Part shown: one piece after another, positions 1 through 9,619 of the stretch
How the letters are laid out: each line of letters opens with the position of its first letter
Numbering within the stretch: the first letter of the stretch is position 1
Assembly: GCA_964016885.1 (NCBI GenBank)
Contig: OZ024744.1
Coordinates: forward strand, 109,802,001 to 109,866,000
Length of the DNA stretch: 64,000 nucleotides
Direction: 5' to 3'
Origin: Eledone cirrhosa
Lineage: Eukaryota
Notes under the pieces: model-generated
What the model was told of the DNA's origin: nothing
Database searches by the model: none
The model's input: only the letters and a program-made list of their open reading frames with translations
Program-made: the position numbers and the translations under genes

Positions 1-2
1 AA

Positions 3-286
3 GCCCTCCCTCCTGGCTCAGAAGCACCATGGGTCCAGTGGAAGACACTCAACCCCCTGAGAACAGGAATGGGGAGATCAAAAGCTGCTATGGCCAGATG
101 GGGCTACAAGACCGACCCAACCATCTGTGAATGTGGAGAGGAGGACCATACGATGCAGCACTGCCTTGTTTGCCCTCTACTACCCAACCAGTGCAGCTTA
201 AAAGATCTTGCAGAATTTAATAATGTGTAAAGAAATGGGAAACTCTCATATAACCAGATGCTTCGAAGATACGAAAAGAAGAAGAA
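3..286 (+). mobile_element. 3' end of a non-LTR retrotransposon (ORF2 C-terminus with CCHC zinc knuckle, short 3' UTR and GAA-type tail); continues upstream of the window
   Basis: The frame from 3 to TAA 228-230 reads ALPPGSEAPWVQWKTLNPLRTGMGRSKAAMARWGYKTDPTICECGEEDHTMQHCLVCPLL. This is the LNRLRTG...CxC-x8-H-x3-C pattern of LINE ORF2 C-termini. It is followed by GAAAAGAAGAAGAA at about 273-286. Confidence 0.75.
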
Positions 287-427
287 TCTTCACTATTTTC
301 CGTTCATTGCCAGGGAACGTCTTCACAAACCAAAGTATCGTCTGACTGCTTTCCTTCGGTTGCAACGTTTTGCGAAATATTTATTTCTGCGTTCACAGAT
401 TGACTTTTTTTAGTTTCAGAAGATCCC

Positions 428-1380
428 GTTAAGGGTGAAAGCAGCGATTCTTTGCTTAAACTTTAAACTGTTATTTTATTTTAATAAATATTTGGTTGCG
501 GGTTCTTATATATTTGATATATCCTTATCGAGCCCTCTTTGGATTTTAGTCTTCACATTTATTATATATATATATATATATAGTATTAAGGATACTATTT
601 ATGGTTATGTATATACTAAAACTTTTTATAGTTATATATATTTTAAACCCTAAACAGTGAAAGACAGTAATATATTACTACCTTATTACCAGTAAGATAA
701 ATAGCTCAATGTAATAACATCAGTTGTTCTACAGAGCAGTTATATAGAATTCACATGAATCAAAGTTCTGTTCAAACCATTTATTAGCTTACAATTGTTT
801 CATCCAAACCGAGGTTTGGAATCTTCGGAACATTTTTCAATGTTTGTTTACATACATGACCTCCTTTCCAACACAAGAGACATACAGATACATATGTATA
901 TATTGATGCACAGTGGGGTGACATCCATTATATTATTTCTAAGGATAAAAACATCCCGTATCTATCGATTGGTCTATTTTAGACCATTCGAGGGAGTACC
1001 AAAGGGGCACAAAGAATTGTTCTTTGTGTACCACTGAAAAATTTTGCATTTTACAAAACTTGAAAGCCACTTCAACTTGCCTGAACTCCAAGCCTGAGAT
1101 CTTCAGATGTTGTCCTCACCTGAAATCACATCCGATCTGTAACTGGATTGACATTCCTACGATAACTCAACCACCTTGAACTCCTTCTCTGCTCTCTACG
1201 CCTTACATCCACTACGATTTTTTTACATTCTGAATTCACTTTCTGTACTCTTATATTCTTTTTCTCCCTTATCTCCCCTTATATTTAAACCTTTTCCTAT
1301 GTCATTTATTCCCCCTTTTCTCCCCTCCTTTCTACCTTACCCTTCACATACCCACCTTTTTTATTTTTATATATTTATTT
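428..1380 (+). mobile_element. Non-autonomous Penelope-like element remnant (C-terminal GIY-YIG endonuclease fragment plus pyrimidine-rich tail), copy 1
   Basis: 961-1179 translates SIDWSILDHSREYQRGTKNCSLCTTEKFCILQNLKATSTCLNSKPEIFRCCPHLKSH, matching the W-x-IL...Y...C-x-LC-x2-EK...LN...E...C-x-H tail of PLE GIY-YIG domains. 428-466 and about 952-1380 are reverse-complement homologs of 5640-6099. Confidence 0.65.
787..831 (-). ncRNA. Type I hammerhead ribozyme motif, slightly degenerate (U4C)
   Basis: Minus strand reads GTT CCGAAGA T-TCCAAACC-TC-GGTTTGGA-T GAAA CAATTG TA AGC. The core is one mismatch from CUGANGA, stem II is 7-8 bp, the stem III insert CAATTG is palindromic, the UH site is UA, and stem I is 3 bp. 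Confidence 0.65.
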
Positions 1381-1530
1381 CTGTGTGTGCGCGTGTGTGT
1401 GTTGCGCATATGTGTATATATGTATGTATATATATATATGTATGGATATGTATGTGTGTATGTATGTTTATATATCAGTATGTATATGTATGTGTGTATA
1501 TAATTGTATTTTATATGCTTCTGTTGTATT

Positions 1531-1589
<59 letters not shown>

Positions 1590-1979
1590 AAAATTAAGAT
1601 AAATTAAATGAATTTAATCTAAATCAAAATTATGGGTGTCATGCCAGAGAGACATGCGTCATATCACCCGGAAAATAAGCTCTAAGATTCTAACGAGTAG
1701 GTCCGAGCATTTTATAATAACTAGAAATTGATTAACATATAAATAAACATGAATAATCACAGGAGATAATTTTTACAAGTGGGTAACCACACATAGCTAG
1801 GTAGGTAACTAAATAAAGTTGACCAGAACTTCAAAAATAGATACCTTATAATATGATTAATCTTCCCTGTATATATTCCATTAAAGAAATATATTTCACC
1901 AATTAATCGGATGGTAAACCACGGAAGTGGAGACTTGGATTTTCAACAAGGAAGAGGTTCCAGCGATCCGTGTTTACAC

Positions 1980-2059
<80 letters not shown>

Positions 2060-2257
2060 GTGTGTATGTGTGTGTGCGTGTGTATATTTGTTTGAGTGTA
2101 TTTTTATGTAATTGTTTTTGTGTGTATATATATATTAGCCTCAGAAACAGCTTGAGCTCTGCCGTGGGGTCATACTTTTTCCTATATCTGTATATACATA
2201 CGTATATGTATGTATGTGTATGTATGTATGTGTGTATTTGTATGGTTGTATGTGTGG

Positions 2258-2337
<80 letters not shown>

Positions 2338-2569
2338 ATGTATTTGCATAATACTATACAGAGATTTAATGCTTATTTTCATTGATCATTTGCTCCAGGA
2401 ACTTATTGAGTGCTCTAAATCAGCTTTAAACATTTATACCCTTTTCTAATTATTTATTTATTTATTATTTGTCGTATTCCCAACTTTTTATTTTTATATA
2501 TATATAATATTTATGTATTTTCTTATATATATATATATGTGTGTGTGTGTATGTGTATGTGTATATATA

Positions 2570-2613
<44 letters not shown>

Positions 2614-2726
2614 GGAGGTGAGTTTTATTGTAGTACAATAAAGCAATGCAGATATCGGATAAGAAGCACTCTACAGTTTGTGGGACTGGAGTATGCATAA
2701 TATAAGATCAAAAGATGGTTAAAGGA

Positions 2727-2812
2727 GTTCAATATATTTTATTATGCGCATTTCAAAAACAAACATCATCAAATAATAATATTTGTGTTTTCATCAGATA
2801 AAACAGGAGAAC
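2727..2812 (-). ncRNA. Type I hammerhead ribozyme, mirror copy on the minus strand (left palindrome arm)
   Basis: Exact reverse complement of 2921-3006 because of the palindrome. On this strand it is followed by the conserved downstream hairpin (2693-2667), an AATAAA and then (TA)n. Confidence 0.85.
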
Positions 2813-2920
2813 ATGATATGAAGGCTAAAAAAACACTTGTTGATAGTGCAGTTTTAAATCAACATATATGTTGATTTAAAACTGCACTATCAACAAGTGT
2901 TTTTTTAGCCTTCATATCAT

Positions 2921-3006
2921 GTTCTCCTGTTTTATCTGATGAAAACACAAATATTATTATTTGATGATGTTTGTTTTTGAAATGCGCATAATAAAATATA
3001 TTGAAC
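2921..3006 (+). ncRNA. Type I hammerhead ribozyme with intact catalytic core (right palindrome arm)
   Basis: Stem I is TGTTTTAT(2928-2935)/ATAAAATA(2991-2998) plus GTTC/GAAC. CTGATGA is at 2936-2942, a stem II of about 16 bp at 2943-2978, GAAA at 2979-2982 and palindromic TGCGCA at 2983-2988. U16.1-A17 is at 2989-2990. Confidence 0.85.
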
Positions 3007-3028
3007 TCCTTTAACCATCTTTTGATCT

Positions 3029-3065
<37 letters not shown>

Positions 3066-3607
3066 TATATATATATTTAAGAGTTAAACAAGGTTCATAT
3101 GAATACATCTAAGAATGAGTTTTACACACATACATATGTGTGTGTGTATTTGTATGTATGTGTTTGTGTATATGTATGTATATATGTATATATGTGTGTA
3201 TATGTATTTGTGAATATATATATATATATATTTATATATGTATATATGTTTGTATGTATGTATTTGTGTATGTGTATGTGTGTGTATATGTATATATATA
3301 TATATGTATGTGTATGTGTGTGTATGTATTTATGTTTACGTATGTATGTGTATGTGCAATTGTGTGTATTGCTTACCACGTGTGTTTGTACATTTATCTG
3401 TTGCCTGTATCGCTGTCAACTTTATAATAATTCTTTCATCTATTTTTTATTCTTATGTGACGGTATTTTTATTATTACATTTTTTCTTAAAATTATTTGT
3501 GTGTGCGTATGTAGGTGTGTGTACATATATCTACATTTGTGGATGCGTATGTATGCGTGTATATATGTGTGTATGTATGTACGTGTGTATATATGTATGA
3601 TTGTGTG

Positions 3608-3640
<33 letters not shown>

Positions 3641-3647
<7 letters not shown>

Positions 3648-3905
3648 AAGTAATTCCGTCGGAAAAGACCAGGAAAAAAGAGTGCTCTATGTAGGTAACA
3701 GAGCTTAATAGTTATGTAATAAACAACATAAGGCAATTATTCCATTTACCAGTGGTTTCTTAAAAGCAAAAGATTTTGCTTTCAATCCTCAGAATGAAAA
3801 AATCCTGGTCTGTTTATTGAATTTGGATTTTAAAAACAAAAATGCAATCTATATGGAAGTGAGGCTGGAGAAGGAAGAAGGAAAGGAAAAATAAAATCAA
3901 ACTAC
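3641..3905 (+). repeat. Dispersed repeat module (copy 1; inverted copy at about 6320-6575, partial direct copy at about 5422-5510)
   Basis: TGTGAAGTAATTCCGTCGGAAA...GAGTGCTCTATGT...TTTCAATCCTCAGAATGAAAAAATCCTGG...GTGAGGCTGG matches the reverse complement of 6320-6575 with scattered substitutions. Confidence 0.85.
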
Positions 3906-3943
3906 ACATGCAAACACACACACAAAAACACAAAAGCATACAT

Positions 3944-3982
<39 letters not shown>

Positions 3983-4229
3983 CATATATATACATATATA
4001 CATACATATACATACACATATATATACATATACATAGACTCATACATACACACACACATATATACACACATATATGTGTATATAAATACACACAAACGCA
4101 TATATACATACGCACATAAATATCAACACATCCATACATACAAATAGATATATACAACCACACACACATATATATACACACATACATACACATAGAAACA
4201 TAAATATAAATACATATACATACACACAT

Positions 4230-4269
<40 letters not shown>

Positions 4270-4272
4270 TGT

Positions 4273-4353
4273 CTATATTGTATTTTGTCTGAGGAAGGCA
4301 TAACATATTGTTAATATGATATCCCTGAAATATATATAATGAAATAAATATGG
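4273..4353 (+). ncRNA. Type I hammerhead ribozyme with intact core inside an island of about 210 bp (4267-4475) flanked by (TA)n
   Basis: Stem I is TATTTTGT(4281-4288)/ATGAAATA(4339-4346), extendable to 4273/4353. CTGAGGA is at 4289-4295. Stem II AGGCATAACATATT/AATATGATATCCCT is 14 bp with 2 mismatches. GAAA is at 4327-4330, then palindromic TATATA, then UA at 4337-4338. Confidence 0.8.
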
Positions 4354-5074
4354 TTTTATAAATATAGTTTCCATTTATTTAATATCATAAATATACTCCA
4401 AATACTTGTTGAGTGCTTTTATATCAGTTATAAATATTTACTAGTTGTAACCCAACAATTTAAATATAACTTTCCATATATATATATATATTTATGTATA
4501 CAAGCATACACATACACAAACATAGCCATACACACATACATAAACATACATACATACATGCACACAATCGTACATATATACACACGTACATACATACACA
4601 TACATAAATGCACTCCTCTACATATTCACACACGCAAATAAATATAAGAAAAAATATATATATTAAAAAAAAAAAAATTTTTTGACAGAGATACAGAACG
4701 CAGCTAACTGGACAGACACGCGTGGTAAGTAATACACACAAATGCACGTATACATACGTACGGAATAGTAAATACATACACACACTCTCGCACATAAATA
4801 TACATATACAAATACATAAACACATATATACACATACATGCACAAACACGCACACGTATACAATATATACACACACATATGTATATGTAATTATATACAC
4901 ACACATATATATATATATATATACATAAATATAACACACACACATATATATATACATACACACATACATATACATACATAGCTATACAATTATACACATA
5001 CAAATACGTACATATCATAAACACGCACAACCAAATACAAACACACACACACATACATACATATATATATATAT

Positions 5075-5124
<50 letters not shown>

Positions 5125-5246
5125 AACCATAGAGAAAAATACTGCAGGTAGCACATGGATAACATGTAATAAAATGAGTCCCTCATCAGTGATTTGCCGA
5201 CGATCATAGATATTTCATTGCATTAAAAATCATATACCTCACGTCG

Positions 5247-5327
<81 letters not shown>

Positions 5328-5639
5328 TACACATATACATGTGTGTGTGTGTGTGTAAAACTCAGTCTTAGATAATTCATATGAACCTTACATATACATA
5401 TATATAGTAGTAAAGTAATAAAGTAATAAGCAACATAAGGCAATTATTCCATTCACCAGTGGTTTCTTAAAAGCAAAAAATATTTCCTTCAATCTTCAGA
5501 ATGAAAAAAATATACATACATATACATACATATACACACACAAATATATATATATACATATATATACACACACATATACATACATATATATATACATATA
5601 TATACACACAAATATACATACACATACACATAGGAGTGT

Positions 5640-6099
5640 GAAGGGCAAGGCAAAAAGAATATATGGGGGGGGGGGGCATAGGAAAAGGTGAAATATAAGG
5701 GGAGGTAAGGGAGAGAAAAAAAAAATATACAAGAGTACATAACGTAGATTCAGCAAAAAAACCGAAGCAGAAGTAAAGAGCAGAGAAGGAGTTCAAGGCG
5801 GTTGATTTATCATAGGAGTGTCAACCAATTACAGATCAGATGCGATTTCAGATGAGGACAGCATCTGAAGATCTCAGTCTTTGAGTTAAGGCAAGCGGAA
5901 GTGGCTCTCAAGTTTAGCAAAATCCTATACTTTTCTGTGGTACACAAAGAACAATTCTTTGTGCCCCTTTTGTACTCCCTCGAATGGTCTAATATAGACC
6001 AATCAATAGAGTACGGGATATATATAATAAATATATATATAATAAATATTATATATATATTAAAGTTTAAGCAAAGAATCGCTGCTTTCACCCTTAACG
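5640..6099 (-). mobile_element. Non-autonomous Penelope-like element remnant (GIY-YIG C-terminal fragment), copy 2, inverted relative to 428-1380
   Basis: ORF 5810..6091(-) contains IPYSIDWSILDHSREYKRGTKNCSLCTTEKYRILLNLRATSACLNSKTEIFRCCPHLKSH. It shares the CGTTAAGGGTGAAAGCAGCGATTCTTTGCTTAAACTTTA end with position 428. Confidence 0.7.
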
Positions 6100-6319
6100 T
6101 ATATATATGTATGTATATATATATTTATATGCATGTATGTGTGCGTGTTTGTGTATTTGTGTGTATGTGTTTGTATGGATATGTTGATATATATACGTGT
6201 GTATGTATGTATGTGTATATGTATGTGTATGTATATATATATACATATATATGTGTGTGTGTGTATATATATGTGTATGTATATATGTGTGTGTATGTAC
6301 TTGTGTGTGTGCATGTGTG

Positions 6320-6575
6320 TTTATTTTTCCTTTCCCGCTTTCTTTTCCAGCCTCACTTTCATATAGATTATATTTTTGTTTTTAAAATCCAACGTCAATA
6401 AATACACCAGGATTTTTTCATTCTGATGATTGAAAGCAAATTTTGTTTGCTCTCAAGAAAACACTGGTAAATGAAATAATTATCTTATGTTATTTATTAC
6501 ATAACTATTAAGCTCTGTAACTTACATAGAGCACTCTTTTTTCCTGGACCTTTCCGACGGAATTACTTCACACAT
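6320..6575 (-). repeat. Inverted copy of the 3641-3905 module
   Basis: Reverse-complement similarity over about 250 bp, extending into the adjacent degenerate microsatellite. Confidence 0.85.
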
Positions 6576-7449
6576 ATATATATATGTATGTATGCGTGTA
6601 CGCGTGTGCGTGCGTGCGTGTATGTATGTATGTATGTATGTATGTATGTATGTATGTATGTATGTATGTATGTATGTATGTATGTATGTATGAGGGAGCT
6701 TATAGATAGGACAACACACGCTGTCTTTTCGTGGGGTAAGTTTTTAATTAATTTTTGTATTCTGAAACATCAAAATACAACAATTTTTTGGTCACTGGAC
6801 TCAGGAATGTCACGACAGAAGTTTGTGGAAGTTACACAAATATTTTAGTATATTTTAGCAGAGCAATCCTTATTTATATTTTACATTTTACATTTACTTA
6901 CATCTCAATATAACATGGCTAAAATTCAAATTTTGCAAAGAGAAGAAAACGGACAAATGAACTAGATACATCTCACTGTCCCCCACCTCCACAATAACGT
7001 CTACACTCCCTCCCCACCATCACATGTCATTACCCCATCTAGACTAAAGTCATCGACCTGTTGTCAAACTCTCTACTCTGTGTTGAACGTATATATATGT
7101 ATGTATATGTGTGTATATACATCACTCAGTCAAACGACCAGATTTCAACCCAACATCTACAACAACAACAACACCGGCACTAATGATTACAGCAACAACA
7201 GCTTCAGAATGAACAGAAATCAACATTTACAACAACAACAGAGGCATCAAACGATAATAATAATTTAATAAAAAAATTAAAAAAACCACAAACAAACAAA
7301 AACAACTCAAATAACAAAACACACACACACACGCACACAACACAACAACAACATCAACTACCACCACCACCACCACTACCGCCGCCGCCGCCATCACCAG
7401 CGACCGGGCCTTAAGAAAATAACTTTAATAATAATTTTTCTGCTTTTGG

Positions 7450-7585
7450 CATGGATCCAGCGACTGGTCCAGCGCATCACTGGTACTCTCTTTTGTTGAC
7501 TCCGTGGGGGGTGAAAGGCAAGGTTGACCTCGGCGGGATTTGAGCTCAGAGCGTGGAGGGCCGTGACTCTATGCTGTAAAGCAAT
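7450..7585 (+). mobile_element. SINE-like interspersed repeat fragment (cephalopod-type family), copy 1
   Basis: CCAGCGCATCACTGGTACT...GAAAGGCAAGGTTGACCTCGGCGGGATTTGAGCTCAGAGCGTGGAGGGCCGTGACTCTATGC is homologous to 17941-18050. The family is recognised from memory of Octopus genomes, not from a search. Confidence 0.65.
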
Positions 7586-7684
7586 TATAATAATACTGGA
7601 CTGTAATACGATCGGCTTCAACTATACAAACTCTTGAAAGTCAACAGTTGACATAATCTTGTAATCTTGTATCAGTAATGACGG

Positions 7685-7724
<40 letters not shown>

Positions 7725-8194
7725 AAGTGAGTAGAGTAGCGTGTGTGTGTTTGCTGTATGTATGAGTGTTGCTGTGTGCGCATATGTATGCGTGTGTGTG
7801 TATGTCGTACGTATAAGTGTCAATAAGTGAGTTTTTTTATTTATTTTTTTATTTTTCGCGGGGACATAGAAATAATCGGGCTGGATGCCCGATCGCGCAG
7901 TTAAACCACTGGGAGTGAAGAACCCCTAGCCCTTGTCAGGGCATTCTTCTAGGAGAAGGCATCTCGGGAAACTGGGTTAACTCCGATATAAAACCTGCGG
8001 CTCAGTAGTTACCGATGATGTTGATCTTTTCTTCTTTTCGGGTTATAGCTACTGTCGCTCAGAGAGTGGGATTGGCTCAGTGCACAGTCTTTCCTCACTT
8101 TAAAAATATTCGTCACGCACAGGCATTGCACGAGTGCATTAATAATTATTAATATTATTATTACTATTATTATTACTTTTTTTTTTTCAATTCA

Positions 8195-9619
8195 ATGATG
8201 TTCCAGAACAATATAAAAGAGATAATTGGCAATTTAGGTTCTGGAACAAAAAAGATAATTGGCAATAAGGGCAGGGGCCCCAGGTTATCACAGCCTGGGT
8301 CCGCTCGTCATCGTGCCATTGTAATAGAGCCAAACAAGGCACTTAGTCTTGGCTGCTGGAACGTACGGACGCTGCTTGATAGGGATTCCTTGGAGCGTCC
8401 TGAACGAAGGACCGCTCTTGTTGCAAAGGAGCTTCGACGTTACGATCTTGACATCGTGGCTTTATCTGAGACGAGGTTAGCTGGAGATGGTCATCTTACA
8501 GAATTTTGTGGAGAATATACATTCTTCTGGAAAGGAAGAGATGAAGGAACCAGAAGAGAGGCTGGGGTAGGATTTGCTGTTAAGACTGTTCTGAATAAAT
8601 TAGAAGAATTCCCAATAGGGATTAGTGAGCGTCTTATGTCCATGAGAATTCCGCTGGACAAAGGAAGATATGCGACACTGGTGAGTGTGTATGCTTCAAC
8701 TATGAATTCTGTCGATGAAGAAAAAGTGTCCTTTTACCATGCCTTGAAAGGTGTTTTAAGAAATATCCCTCAGGCAGACAAAGTCATCGTGCTTGGTGAC
8801 TTTAATGCTAGAGTGGGTAGGGATTTTAACACATGGAATGTAATCGGAAGGCATGGGGTGGGAAAGTGTAACAACAATAGTATGCTCCTGTTGCAGATGT
8901 GTGAGGAGCTGGATCTGTGTGTTACCAACACCATGTTCCAACAAAAGAACAAATTCAAGACCACATGGATGCATCCTGCATCTAAGGAATGGCATCTTTT
9001 GGACTACGTCCTAGTCAGGATGCGTGACAGACAGGATGTGCAGTGTGTTCGTGTTCTTCGTGGAGCTGAGTGCTGGACGGACCACCGCCTGGTACGCGCA
9101 AAAGTGAAACTAATCACTAAACGTAAAATCCGGGCTCCTGGTGTTGCCCTGCCCAAAAGATTGAATGCTGCTCGTCTTAAGGATAAAAATGTGAAGAGGA
9201 CATTGGAAGAAGAGATGCAGGCTGCAGATCTTGGTGAGGATTGGCCGACCCTTAAAAAGTCGGTTTATGATGTAGGCAGGCGTGTTCTGGGATTGGTGCA
9301 GAGAAAACATCAGGACTGGTTTGATGAGAATGATGTACATATAGAAGACTTGTTGGCTGATAAGAGGCCTGCTCTGTCATGCTACTTGACGGCAAAACCA
9401 CAGGAGAGGAATACGTTGCATGAGGAACTCAAGGATGTAAAATCACGCGTTAGGCGGAGTCTTTCTCAGATGAAGGATCAGTGGTGGAGTGAGAAGGCTG
9501 GTGAGATACAAACTGCGTCAGATTCCAATAACACAAAGCTGTTGTACAGTCTCTTGCGTAAGGTTTATGGACCGTCTTCTTCTCTGGTGCCACCGCTTCG
9601 CAGCAAGGATGGCAAATAA
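8195..9619 (+). pseudogene. RTE LINE apurinic-like endonuclease domain and linker
   Basis: Motifs LGCWNVRTL, DIVALSETR, GVGFAV, VLGDFNARVG, TWMHP..KEWHLLDYVLV, CWTDHRLV and HQDWFDEND. Confidence 0.93.

Larger units (their letters stand above)
2697..3036. repeat. Perfect 340-bp palindrome (two 170-bp arms, no spacer, centre between 2866 and 2867)
   Basis: Position i pairs with 5733-i from the centre CAACATA|TATGTTG out to 2697/3036. The first mismatch is at 2696/3037. Confidence 0.95.
1380..6700. repeat. Dense (TA)n, (TG)n/(CA)n and (TATG)n microsatellite matrix interspersed with short PLE-derived modules
   Basis: Long pure (TA)n runs occur at about 1543-1587, 1983-2057, 2261-2327, 5085-5120 and 5251-5313, and (TATG)n at about 6621-6692. 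All Y/I/C/V/H/T-rich ORFs here are microsatellite translations. Confidence 0.95.

Noticed and set aside
355-390. GCAA-CGTT-TTGC GAAA TATT TA hammerhead-like 3' half
   Set aside because: No CUGANGA at the required position and no stem I.
2697-3036. MITE or foldback DNA transposon
   Set aside because: There is no spacer and no recognisable TIR or TSD. The left arm continues into HHR-family sequence (2611-2696), so it is better explained as an inverted duplication of a ribozyme element.
6690-6960. Possible Tc1/mariner terminal fragment after (TATG)n
   Set aside because: Only a TA-GAGGG-like start is visible, with no partner TIR or transposase sequence.
1176-7268. Numerous YI/CV/HT-rich ORFs
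   Set aside because: These are translations of (TA)n, (TG)n and (TATG)n microsatellites.
7857-8135. HDV-like ribozyme at the RTE 5' end
   Set aside because: Such ribozymes are known for some RTE elements, but I could not assemble the nested double pseudoknot by eye and the 5' end may be truncated.
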